DNA of 64,000 bases from Spirochaetia bacterium (lineage in GTDB: Bacteria; Spirochaetota; Spirochaetia; SZUA-6; Bin103), in assembly GCA_965198005.1 (NCBI GenBank), contig CBDAOI010000002.1, positions 851,417 to 915,416 of the forward strand, written 5' to 3'. Both the position numbers and the translations under genes were made by a program. This document shows, piece after piece, positions 31,162 through 42,276 of the stretch (position 1 is its first letter; each line of letters starts with the position of its first letter). Under the pieces are notes generated by a model, which ran no database searches, had not been told where the DNA came from, and worked only from the letters and a program-made list of their open reading frames with translations.

Positions 31162-32748
31162 ATGAGATCCATCCTCCTGTCGCGGCTCGCGGTCGAGCTT
31201 CGCCCTGACGCGGTGCGCGGCGGGCTGGACCGCACCGTTACCCGGATCTGCTACGACAGCCGCACGGTGCAGCCCGGCGCCATGTTCGTGGCGCAACCCG
31301 GCGCCCAGGTCGACGGCCACCGGTTCATCCCCGAGGCGCTGGCCGCCGGGGCGACCGCCGTGGTCCACAGCCGGGAGCTGGCGCACTACGCCGGCGGCGC
31401 AACCTACCTGCGCGTGACCGACCCGGCGGCGGCCCTGTCGCGCGCCGCCGCCGGCTTCCACGGCCACCCGTCGCGCGCGCTGACCGTGGTCGGGGTCACC
31501 GGCACCAACGGCAAGAGCACCACGGCAACCTGGATCTACCATCTGCTGCGCGCCCTCGGCACGCCGGCCGGCCTGATCTCGACCGTCGGCGCCGACTACG
31601 GATCAGGCTACGGCCCCAATCCCGAGCACGTCACCACCCCGCTGGCGGTGGAGACCCACGCCGCGCTGCGCGCCATGGTCGATGCCGGCCTGGAGGTGGC
31701 GGTGGTCGAAGCATCCTCGTGGGGGCTCGATCCGGGCAGCATGCGGCTGGCGGACGTGGCGTTCGACAGCGGCGCGATCACCAACTTCAGCCACGACCAC
31801 CTGGAGCTGCACGGCACCCGTGCCGCCTACCTGGAAGCCAAGTTGAACCTGTTTCGCGCGCTGCAGGGAAGCGCGGCGTTCGGAGTGGCGCCGGCGGCGC
31901 TGGTCGCGCGGGCGCGGGCGGCTGCCGCGGTGCCGGTGTATGGGTTCGGGCGCACCCCGGCGGCCGGCCCGGGCGCCGGCGCGGGGCCGTGGGCGTGCAC
32001 CGCGGCGGCGGTCGCGGCCGTGCCGCGCACGGGCCCGCCGCGTACGGCCATGCCCCGGGAACAGCGGTTCAGCCTGTGCCTCGCCGGCGCCGCGGCGCCG
32101 GCCGTCCTGGCCGTTCCGGGCGGCTACAACCTGGACAACTGCCTGGCCGCGGCGTCGGTGGCGGCACGGCTGACCGGCGCTTCCGCCGCGGACCTGGCGG
32201 CGCCGATCGCGCACCTGCGCCTGCCGCCGGGGCACCTGGAAGAGGTCGACTGCGGCCAGCCGTTTCAGGTGATCGTCGACTACGCCCACACCCCGGCGGC
32301 GATGCGCGCCGCGCTCGCCTTCGCCGCCGGCGCCCTGCGCGGCGCCGCCGGCAACCGGCAGCACGGCCAGCGGCGCGGCCGGATGATCGTGGTGTTCGGA
32401 TCGGCGGGCGAGCGCGATACCGCCAAGCGGCCGCTGCAGGGGCGCATCGCCGGCGAGTACGCGGACCTGGTGGTGCTCACCGACGAGGACTGCCGGGGCG
32501 AGGACCCGCTGGCGATTCTGCAGGCGATCGCGGCCGGGTGCCCGGGGCGCACGGTCGGCGACGACCTGGTGCTGGAGCCGGACCGGGCCGCGGCGATTGC
32601 CTGCGCGGTGAGCGCGGCGCGTGCGGGAGACCTGGTACTGCTGCTCGGCAAGGGGCACGAGGCGAGCATCATCGGACCCGGCGGCGCCCGGCCATGGGAC
32701 GAGCGGGCCGCCGCCGCCGCCGCCCTGCGCGCCGCCGGCTACGGCTGA
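31162..32748 (+). CDS. murE: UDP-N-acetylmuramyl-tripeptide synthetase
   Basis: DSR, VTGTNGKST, DHLELH, VDYAHTP and LLLGKGHE. The DAP-specific DNPR motif is replaced by EDCR, consistent with a non-DAP third residue. Confidence 0.93.
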   Translation: MRSILLSRLAVELRPDAVRGGLDRTVTRICYDSRTVQPGAMFVAQPGAQVDGHRFIPEALAAGATAVVHSRELAHYAGGATYLRVTDPAAALSRAAAGFHGHPSRALTVVGVTGTNGKSTTATWIYHLLRALGTPAGLISTVGADYGSGYGPNPEHVTTPLAVETHAALRAMVDAGLEVAVVEASSWGLDPGSMRLADVAFDSGAITNFSHDHLELHGTRAAYLEAKLNLFRALQGSAAFGVAPAALVARARAAAAVPVYGFGRTPAAGPGAGAGPWACTAAAVAAVPRTGPPRTAMPREQRFSLCLAGAAAPAVLAVPGGYNLDNCLAAASVAARLTGASAADLAAPIAHLRLPPGHLEEVDCGQPFQVIVDYAHTPAAMRAALAFAAGALRGAAGNRQHGQRRGRMIVVFGSAGERDTAKRPLQGRIAGEYADLVVLTDEDCRGEDPLAILQAIAAGCPGRTVGDDLVLEPDRAAAIACAVSAARAGDLVLLLGKGHEASIIGPGGARPWDERAAAAAALRAAGYG

Positions 32749-32875
32749 GGTCCTCGTGGGTCAAGGAGGCCCAGTGATGGCTCGGTGCCCAGCAGTCGGT
32801 GTCGCACACACGATCGTCAAATCGACTGCGCGCGCTGGCGCGCTGTGTTCACGCTGTCACGCTGTCACATTTGTG

Positions 32876-32903
32876 TTGACAGTCGCGCGGAATTGAGTAT
32901 CGT
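32876..32903 (+). promoter_or_regulatory. Putative sigma70 promoter preceded by TGTCAC direct repeats
   Basis: TTGACA-N16-TATCGT; upstream TCACGCTGTCACGCTGTCAC. Confidence 0.45.
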
Positions 32904-32913
32904 ATTGATCACG

Positions 32914-33195
32914 ATGGTTGCGCTGCTGATCGGTCTCGGGCTCGTTCTGTTCGCCATCTACGCCGTGTTGCCGGTGGCATGGTCTCCCGGTTGGTGGAGT
33001 GACGCGATTCAGTTCCTGAAGGGCGGCATTCCGATTCTGGCCGTGTTCGTGGGCCTGATCTCCTTCTTCGTCGGGATCGCGGACATCAAGGACAAGATCG
33101 AGGCCAAGCGGGAGGAAGAGGAGGAACGGCGCGAGGCGGCCGCGTCCGGTGGTTCCGGCTCATCCGGCTCGTCCGAAGGTTCCGATCCCGGTTGA
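32914..33195 (+). CDS. Small two-TM membrane protein
   Basis: Two hydrophobic helices followed by GIADIKDKIEAKREE. Confidence 0.75.
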   Translation: MVALLIGLGLVLFAIYAVLPVAWSPGWWSDAIQFLKGGIPILAVFVGLISFFVGIADIKDKIEAKREEEEERREAAASGGSGSSGSSEGSDPG

Positions 33196-33220
33196 CACCG
33201 GGTGCCGGTACCCCTACCTT
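33192..33220 (+). promoter_or_regulatory. Sigma70 promoter of rplM-rpsI
   Basis: TTGACA-N17-TACCTT; the -35 overlaps the upstream stop codon. Confidence 0.65.
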
Positions 33221-33248
33221 AGGCGCTCAGGCACATCGCAGTTCGCAC

Positions 33249-33689
33249 ATGGGAAATCAGTTCGACACGTTGTTCGTGAACCCGCGCGACATTACGCGCA
33301 CGTGGTACCTGATCGACGCCCGCGACCGTCCCCTGGGACGGGTGGCGGCGCGCGTTGCCACGCTGCTGCGCGGCAAGCACCGTCCTTGGTTCACGCCGCA
33401 CCAGGAAGTGGGCGACTACGTGGTGGTGATCAACGCGCGGCATGCCCGCCTTACCGGCCGCAAGCGGGAGCAGAAGACCTACTACCGTCATTCCGGCTAC
33501 CCGGGCGGGCTGAAGTCGGCAACCTACGACAAGGTGGTGGCACGCAAACCGGTGTTTCCGATGGAGCAGGCGGTGCGCGGCATGCTGCCCAAGGGGCCGC
33601 TGGGACGCAAGCTGTTCGGCAACGTCAAGATCTACGCGGACGCCGAGCACCCGCACGCCGCGCAGCAGCCGGAAGAGCTGCCGGTGTGA
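33249..33689 (+). CDS. rplM: 50S ribosomal protein L13
   Basis: WYLIDA, LGRVAA, RHSGYPGGLK, GMLPK and HAAQQP. Confidence 0.98.
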   Translation: MGNQFDTLFVNPRDITRTWYLIDARDRPLGRVAARVATLLRGKHRPWFTPHQEVGDYVVVINARHARLTGRKREQKTYYRHSGYPGGLKSATYDKVVARKPVFPMEQAVRGMLPKGPLGRKLFGNVKIYADAEHPHAAQQPEELPV

Positions 33690-33711
33690 CGGCCAACAGG
33701 AGGGCGAGTCG

Positions 33712-34104
33712 ATGGCAACCAACTTGGCGCTAGGCACCGGGCGGCGCAAGACCGCGGTGGCGCGGGTGTTTCTGCGGGCCGGCAGCGGCAAGGTCGAGGT
33801 AAACGGGCGCTCCCCGCGCGACTACTTCGGAGCCGACGATCTGGAGCGGGAGGCGCTCGCCCCGCTCGACGTTACCGACAACCTGAACAAATACGACGTG
33901 CTGATCCGGGTGCGGGGCGGCGGCCCGCACGGTCAGGCCGGCGCCTGCCGCCACGGGTTGGCGCGGGCGCTGCTGCAGCACGACGAGACCAACCGCCGCA
34001 CCCTGCGGGCCAACGAAATGCTGACGCGCGACCGGCGCATGGTCGAGCGCAAGAAGTACGGCCAGCCCAAGGCGCGCCGGCGATTCCAGTTTTCGAAGCG
34101 GTAA
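33712..34104 (+). CDS. rpsI: 30S ribosomal protein S9
   Basis: GTGRRKTAVAR...ERKKYG...QFSKR. Confidence 0.99.
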   Translation: MATNLALGTGRRKTAVARVFLRAGSGKVEVNGRSPRDYFGADDLEREALAPLDVTDNLNKYDVLIRVRGGGPHGQAGACRHGLARALLQHDETNRRTLRANEMLTRDRRMVERKKYGQPKARRRFQFSKR

Positions 34105-34175
34105 TCGACAGCATCCGGCCGGCACCGCCGCGGCGTGGCGCCGTCCACCCCACCTGGGCGCGGGCGCGGGACACT

Positions 34176-36115
<1,940 letters not shown>

Positions 36116-36228
36116 TCAACCGGAGCGGGCACCATGTCCGACCGTTGCGTCGGTCCGTCGATCGTCGAGTTGTTGACCGGCCATGGGCGTGGGCGTATCA
36201 TCTCGGCGATGAGCGGCAGGAGCTGGAT

Positions 36229-36345
36229 GTCGAGCTCAACCTTCGCTGGAACCGGATAAGCGACGTCTCGGCCCTGGTGGAGAACACCGGACTTTCCGAG
36301 GGTGACACCATAAATCTGGCGCAGAATCAGCTCAGCGAGGAGTCG
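36229..36345 (+). pseudogene. Internalin-like leucine-rich-repeat fragment
   Basis: ELNLRWNRISDVSALVENTGLSEGDTINLAQNQLS fits LxLxxNxIxDxxxL. Confidence 0.6.
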
Positions 36346-36945
36346 ATGGCCCTCTTCTGCTCCGCTCGGGAGCGCCGCCTCTGGCTGTGGACGCTGGCCG
36401 TCGTGATGGCGATCTACTCCACCCTCGGCCTCGCGCGCACGCTGGCCGGGGCACTGCGCGAGCACGGCCTGCTGGGCGCCTCCTTCCCCCTCGTCTCCTT
36501 TCTCCTCGCCATATTCCTGGTGGGGGCGACCATCGTCACGCACGGCCTGAACGCCCGGCCGGGCGGAGTGGAGGTCGCCGTCGCCCTGGGTGTCACGGCC
36601 GCCTACCTGCTGGTGTTCCTCCGGATGGCGAGTCCGGAGGAGCGCTCGCACCTCATCGAGTACGGCGTGGTGGGCGTCTTCATCTACGAAGCGCTCGCCG
36701 AGCGCGCCAGCCAGGGTCGCCGCGTCCCGGCGCTGCCCCTGCTCGCCGTCCTGGCCACGGCGGCGCTGGGCCTACTCGACGAGTGCATCCAGGCGTTTCT
36801 GCCCAGCCGCGTCTTCGACCCGATAGACATCCTGTTCAACCTGCTCGCGAGCGCGATGGCGGTGGGTGCGAGCGTCGCGCTGGCGTGGGCGCGGCGGTGG
36901 ACGAGGTCCCGCCGGGCGCGCCGTCACGTCGGCCCATCTCGATAG
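36346..36945 (+). CDS. VanZ-like membrane protein
   Basis: GAGGAG RBS; ERSHLIEYG and LDECIQAFLPSRVFDPIDILFN. Confidence 0.85.
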   Translation: MALFCSARERRLWLWTLAVVMAIYSTLGLARTLAGALREHGLLGASFPLVSFLLAIFLVGATIVTHGLNARPGGVEVAVALGVTAAYLLVFLRMASPEERSHLIEYGVVGVFIYEALAERASQGRRVPALPLLAVLATAALGLLDECIQAFLPSRVFDPIDILFNLLASAMAVGASVALAWARRWTRSRRARRHVGPSR

Positions 36946-37019
36946 CCGGCTGGGTCCTAACCCCCTGTACCCCCCCAGTTTTTTCGAACCGAGAAACCGA
37001 GAAACAATAATCGATGAAT

Positions 37020-37190
37020 CGAGGAAATCCAGGCAATCCGGGGAAGGCGGCTCTGAGATGTCCGCCGAGAAGCAGTCATCATCTCTGATCCATATGCCTT
37101 CCGCGTGTATCAACTTGATCTTGTTGTTGATGCGCTCGACCAGCCTCTGTATAGAGACGCCAGCGACACTCAGCGACATGACAACCTAGC
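37020..37190 (-). pseudogene. ISL3-family transposase C-terminal remnant (frameshifted)
   Basis: Across frames: LVERINNKIKLI / RKAYG / RDDDCF / RAAFPG, matching the ISL3 C-terminal consensus EGxNNKIKxIKRxAYGFR. Confidence 0.7.
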
Positions 37191-37387
37191 CCGCGTGACG
37201 GGCGGTCACGTCGTTTGCAGTCGTGCCACGGAAAGCGCAGAACGCTGGCGGTAGCCACAGTCGAGTTCGACGATCCGGCATCCCACCTGCCCGCCATCGA
37301 CCGCCTGAGGGGTTCTGGCCAACCACGCTCGCCGCCTGGGGTCTTGCATAGATGGCTTTGGTCTTTCACGGATGGAGGCAGTAGAAT

Positions 37388-37600
37388 ATGGCTTCTGACG
37401 AATCCTGAGTCGGTATGGCAGGATGTAGCTACCCACCTGCAGGTGTCGAAGAAACGGTCTACCGATGGGTCGATGCGAGGGGCCTACCGGCGCATCGGAG
37501 CTGTTGCGATTCAGGCTCTCACAGGTGGACGAATGGGTCCAAGACAGCCGCGCCAGCCGGACGATCGGCCATCGGGCGAGGCGGAAAAACAACGGAGACG
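37388..37600 (+). pseudogene. Excisionase-like HTH_17 DNA-binding gene, frameshifted
   Basis: GGAGG RBS; across frames MASDES* / DVATHLQV / EETVYRWVDARGLPAHR / LLRFRLSQVDEWV. Confidence 0.7.
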
Positions 37601-37609
37601 ATCGAGAGA

Positions 37610-40600
37610 ATGGCTGAGCATCCCCTTTCAACGAAGATCGGCAACCGGGTGTCCCTGACGGGCCACTTTGACGTGCCGGTCATCTTGGAGGATGCACGAC
37701 CCTTGGGGACGAATGGGTCGGCGGGTTACGAGTGCCGCGTTCGCCTGCCCGACGGGGCGCTCGAGGAGGCGGTCATCTCGCCCGACGAGGCCGCCGCGAT
37801 TCTTGGCGCACAAGAAAAATGCGCGGCCCGGCCCGCGGACGCGGAACGATTGCGACTCCTGATCGAATCCGCCCGCATTCGCCTCGCCTACGCCTACGAC
37901 CGGCAGTTTGCGGTCAGCCTGTCCGGTATCCGCACGCTGCCACACCAGATCGAGGCAGTCTACCTGAAGATGCTGCCCCAGCCGCGTCTGCGATTCCTGC
38001 TCGCCGACGACCCCGGCGCCGGCAAGACGATCATGGCCGGCCTCCTGATCAAGGAACTCAAGCTGCGGGAGGCAATCGACCGCTGTCTGATCCTCGTCCC
38101 GGCGCCCTTGACGATTCAGTGGCAGGACGAGCTGCTTCGCTTCTTCAACGAGCCGTTTCAGATCATCCACTCCGCCAATGACCAGCAGCAGCTTCTGAAT
38201 CTCTGGGAACGGGAATCCCAAGTCGTCTCATCTTTGGACTATGCCAAGCAGGACGAGGTCCGCGAGCGCGTGTGGCAGCAGCGATGGGACCTCATCATCA
38301 TCGACGAAGCCCACAAGTGCAGCGCCTATACGAAGCGCTCAGCGGGGCGCGACGACGAAGTCGAGCGCACGAAGCGCTATCAACTCGCCGAGCGTCTCTC
38401 CGAGCAGTGCGACAACCTGCTCCTTCTGACCGCGACCCCCCATCACGGCGACGACGACCGGTTCGCCCACTTCATACGACTGCTCGACCGCGATCTGTTC
38501 CCCGAGCCGCACCGCTTCAGCGAGGCAGCCGGTCGCCTGCGGCGGGATATTCTGAAGCTCGGAGAGGATTGCCCCTGGTCGCTCCGGCGCCTGAAGGAAG
38601 ACATGAAGGACATGCGCGGCCGCCGGCTGTTTCCAGACCGCCACGTGCAGACCGTCAGCTTCAACCTCGGGCCGGAGGAGTACACCATCTACAAGGCCGT
38701 CACGGCGTACATCAACGAGTACTTGCCGCAGTCGACGGGGCGCCGGAAGAACAGCGTGGCGCTTGCGCGCACCGTCTTCCAGCGACGTCTGGCAAGTTCG
38801 ACGCACGCGATTCACGAATCCCTGCGTCGCCGGCGGAAGAAGCTGGACGATCTCCTCCGCGAGCTTGAAGAGCTTTCTCCGTTCCAGCGGTCGAGGCGGC
38901 TTGCACAAATGCAAGGTCGATTGTCGGACACCGAGCAGGACGAAGACGACCTCGACGAGGCGGCCCGGGACGAGCTGATCGACGAAGCGACGACTACGGC
39001 AGAACTGGACCAGATCCGCGCCGAACTGGCGGAGTTGGCCGATCTGGTGGCCCGCGTCGGCCGGGTCCGGGAGAGCGGCCGCGACTCGAAGCTGGTCGCC
39101 CTGCGCGAGTGCGTACGGCGGTCGGAGTTCGAGGAACTGAAGGACGGACGGGGCAAGCTCCTCATCTTCACCGAGCATCGAGACACGCTCAACCACCTTC
39201 GCGAGCATCTGGAGGCGTGGGGTTACTCGACCTGCCAGATCCACGGCGGGATGAATCCGCGCGAACGCAAGCAGGCGCAGGAGGAGTTTCGGACCAGCCG
39301 CCAGATTTGCGTGGCGACCGAGGCGGCCGGCGAAGGCATCAATCTCCAGTTCTGCCACCTGATGATCAATTACGACCTGCCCTGGAATCCGACCCGCCTC
39401 GAACAGCGCCTGGGCCGCATCCACCGCATCGGTCAGTCACGCGACGTGTATGCGTTCAACTTCGTGGCGACTTCGTCGGAGGATGGCCAGCCGGTCATCG
39501 AAGGGCGCATCCTCGAACGACTCCTGAGCAAGCTGGATCGTATGCGGGAAGCGCTTGGAGACCGGGTGTTCGACGTGGTCGGCGAAGTGCTTTCCCTAAA
39601 CAAGGTCAATCTGCCGGACATGCTCCGAGAGGTCGCCTACGAACCGAGGCGGCTGGACGAGTACCTCGACGTGATCGAACAGATCGACCCCGATCTGCTC
39701 GGCCGCTACGAAGCGGCGACCGGCATCGCCCTGGCGCGAGGGCACGTGGATTTCAGCGCGTTCGCCCAGGCCAATCTGGCGGCCGAGGAGCGGCGGCTCA
39801 TGCCGCGCTACGTCCAGTCCCACTTCCTGAGCGCCGCCAAGGCGGTGGGCCTGCGTACGGAAGCGCGCGCCGACGGGCTGTGGCGCATCGAGCACGTGCG
39901 CGCCGATTTGCGCTCCGAGCGTCTCGACGCCGTGCGACGCATCGGCAAGCCCGACGCGAGCTACCGCAAGCTCACGTTTTACAAGGAGCACCTAGAGCAG
40001 GATCAACACCTGGATGCCGTGCTCCTGGGTCCCGGCCATCCGCTCTACGCCGCCGCCGATGAGAAGCTGAGGGAACTCCTGCACGACATTGTGGGGCAGA
40101 CCGCCGTCTACGTGGATCCGATGACCGAGGTCCCCTACCGGCTCCACTTCTTCGAAATCTCGGTGCGCGGCCAGACCGCCAAGGGCGAAGCGGCCACCAT
40201 TCATGCCGAGCTCGTGGCCGTCCGCGAGGAAGTCGGCGATGGCGTGGCGATCGCCAGTCGTTTCGCCATAGTTCCGGCCGACGTGTTGATCGACCTGCCG
40301 GCGCACCCGCACCCGCCGGAGACGCTTCCCGAGATCGAATACGGTCCAGTCCGCGACTACGTCAAGACGACCCTGCAGATGGACCGCCGGCACAATGCGC
40401 AGCGCGAGCGCGGCCGGTACGCCGACGTGGCGCGCGACTACCTCGAGCAGTCCTTCGAGGCACGAGTTCGGGCTGCGCGGGATCGGGTGATGGCGCTGCG
40501 CGCCCGCGAGCCGAGGGAACCGGAGGTGGCCCTGGCGCGGCAGCGGGCGGAGAACGACCTGGCCGATCTCGACCGCACCCGACAGGAACGCATCGCCGGT

Positions 40601-41155
40601 GTCGACCGGCTACGCGTGGCCCGCCACGGCCCGCTACGCCACGTGGCGAGTTGCGTGGTGTTGCCGCCGGACACGGCGGTGGACAGCTTCCCGGAGCTGG
40701 CGGAAGAGTTGGATGCCGCGCTCAAGCGGCGCATCGAGCTCGCCGCCGAGGACATCGCGGTGGCCTACGAAGAGGCCCGGGGCCGCGAGTGCGAACGGGT
40801 CGGCCACCTCAAGATCGGCTTCGACATCCGCAGCCTCGCGCCGGCCGACCCGCAGACCGGATACTTCGATCCGGTAGCCGGCGTGCGCCGCATCGAGGTC
40901 AAGGGCCGGCGGCGCGGCCGGCCGGTCAGGCTGACCACCAACGAGTGGTATAAGGCGCAGCAGCTCGGCGACTCCTATTGGCTCTACGTGGTCTGGGACC
41001 CGCTCGACCACCCGGATGCGGTTCCGCTCATGATCCGCAACCCCGCCAAGCACCTGGACTACGCCAAGAAGGAGGTGGTGGCCGCCCGCTACTACGACGT
41101 ACCGGCCCGCGCCGTCGAACGGGCGGCACGCGAGCAGCGGGGGCAGCCTCGGTGA
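37610..41155 (+). CDS. SNF2-family helicase with C-terminal DUF3883 (PD-(D/E)xK) nuclease domain
   Basis: LLADDPGAGKT, IIDEAH, LTATPH, TEAAGEGINLQ, EQRLGRIHRIGQ; C terminus GFDIRS...IEVKGR...LTTNEW. Confidence 0.92.
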   Translation: MAEHPLSTKIGNRVSLTGHFDVPVILEDARPLGTNGSAGYECRVRLPDGALEEAVISPDEAAAILGAQEKCAARPADAERLRLLIESARIRLAYAYDRQFAVSLSGIRTLPHQIEAVYLKMLPQPRLRFLLADDPGAGKTIMAGLLIKELKLREAIDRCLILVPAPLTIQWQDELLRFFNEPFQIIHSANDQQQLLNLWERESQVVSSLDYAKQDEVRERVWQQRWDLIIIDEAHKCSAYTKRSAGRDDEVERTKRYQLAERLSEQCDNLLLLTATPHHGDDDRFAHFIRLLDRDLFPEPHRFSEAAGRLRRDILKLGEDCPWSLRRLKEDMKDMRGRRLFPDRHVQTVSFNLGPEEYTIYKAVTAYINEYLPQSTGRRKNSVALARTVFQRRLASSTHAIHESLRRRRKKLDDLLRELEELSPFQRSRRLAQMQGRLSDTEQDEDDLDEAARDELIDEATTTAELDQIRAELAELADLVARVGRVRESGRDSKLVALRECVRRSEFEELKDGRGKLLIFTEHRDTLNHLREHLEAWGYSTCQIHGGMNPRERKQAQEEFRTSRQICVATEAAGEGINLQFCHLMINYDLPWNPTRLEQRLGRIHRIGQSRDVYAFNFVATSSEDGQPVIEGRILERLLSKLDRMREALGDRVFDVVGEVLSLNKVNLPDMLREVAYEPRRLDEYLDVIEQIDPDLLGRYEAATGIALARGHVDFSAFAQANLAAEERRLMPRYVQSHFLSAAKAVGLRTEARADGLWRIEHVRADLRSERLDAVRRIGKPDASYRKLTFYKEHLEQDQHLDAVLLGPGHPLYAAADEKLRELLHDIVGQTAVYVDPMTEVPYRLHFFEISVRGQTAKGEAATIHAELVAVREEVGDGVAIASRFAIVPADVLIDLPAHPHPPETLPEIEYGPVRDYVKTTLQMDRRHNAQRERGRYADVARDYLEQSFEARVRAARDRVMALRAREPREPEVALARQRAENDLADLDRTRQERIAGVDRLRVARHGPLRHVASCVVLPPDTAVDSFPELAEELDAALKRRIELAAEDIAVAYEEARGRECERVGHLKIGFDIRSLAPADPQTGYFDPVAGVRRIEVKGRRRGRPVRLTTNEWYKAQQLGDSYWLYVVWDPLDHPDAVPLMIRNPAKHLDYAKKEVVAARYYDVPARAVERAAREQRGQPR

Positions 41156-41246
41156 TTTGCGCACAAAGACAAAGATTCAGCTCCAATACCATGCGCTCTG
41201 TCACAGCCGCTCGCACGACACTGATCAAGGGAGAAGGAGAACACTG

Positions 41247-42230
41247 ATGCCCGCAAATGTGGAATCCATGGCTTACCATGGTGGTAAACCTTGGCACGGC
41301 TTGGGAACGCAGGTACCCCACAGAGTCACCGCCAAGGAGATGATCAAGGCCGCCGGGCTCGACTGGCAGGTGCAGTTGCGTCCGGCGAGAGGCTCGCGGA
41401 AGATCAACAAGAAGGGAGACGTATCTCGCTATGAAATCGTGCGTCTTCCACGTCCGAACAGTCAAGAGGAGGAAGCCCTGTTTGGTGTGGTGAGCCGGCG
41501 CTATCAGCCCCTGCAGAACAGCGAAGCTTTTGCTTTCTTCGATCCCGTAATCGATAGTAAGAGAGCGCACTTCGAGACGGCGGGCGCACTCGGTGAGGGT
41601 GAAAGGATATGGGTCTTGGCCAAGATTCCCGGCACCATGGAAATCGTCCCGGGCGACGAGTGTCACAAGTACCTGCTACTGTCGAATACTCACACTGGCG
41701 AAGGTTCGGTAGTCGTGAAGTTCACGTCGATCCGCGTAGTCTGTGAGAACACGCTGATGTTGTCGATGGAGGATGGACAACACGCATATCGGGTACGACA
41801 CTCCAAGATGATGCAATTCAGGTTGGATGAGTTGTCGAATTTCCTCGCAGTAGTTACACAGGTATACGAACGCGCCGAAGCGGAGTTGCGCAGATTGGCG
41901 GAAGTTCAAGTCACGGATGCCCGACTCAGGGAATATTTCGACGCGGTGTTCCCCAGGACTCGCAAGCAGAAGGCCGACAATAAGGATCCCGTGCGCTGGG
42001 GGCATGTTCGGGAGCTCTTCGATAGCAGCACCGATCTGCAATTGAACGGTGTCAAGGGAACGCTTTGGGCAGCGTACAACGCGATCACGAGATTCGAAGA
42101 CTACAAGCGTCCGATGGAGGACGAGATTCAAGACCGAAGGCTGGGGCGGATCTGGTTCGGTTCCGGTGCCGATGTCAAGTTGCGAGCGCTGCAAAAGGCA
42201 TCCACGTTCGCGGAAAGCTGGCGCAATTGA
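41247..42230 (+). CDS. DUF932 (phage/plasmid-like) protein
   Basis: MPANVESMAY, PWHGLG, AGLDW, YQPLQN, ETAGAL, IRVVCENTL and GTLWAAYNAIT; AAGGAG RBS. Confidence 0.88.
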   Translation: MPANVESMAYHGGKPWHGLGTQVPHRVTAKEMIKAAGLDWQVQLRPARGSRKINKKGDVSRYEIVRLPRPNSQEEEALFGVVSRRYQPLQNSEAFAFFDPVIDSKRAHFETAGALGEGERIWVLAKIPGTMEIVPGDECHKYLLLSNTHTGEGSVVVKFTSIRVVCENTLMLSMEDGQHAYRVRHSKMMQFRLDELSNFLAVVTQVYERAEAELRRLAEVQVTDARLREYFDAVFPRTRKQKADNKDPVRWGHVRELFDSSTDLQLNGVKGTLWAAYNAITRFEDYKRPMEDEIQDRRLGRIWFGSGADVKLRALQKASTFAESWRN

Positions 42231-42276
42231 TCCGGACGACGGCGGATAGTAGCAGGAGCGCCGAGGATCGTCGCCA

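Noticed and set aside
37415-37609. N-terminal extension of the helicase ORF, an apparent HTH-helicase fusion
   Set aside because: The frame passes through a frameshifted HTH pseudogene; ATG 37610 is the more plausible start.
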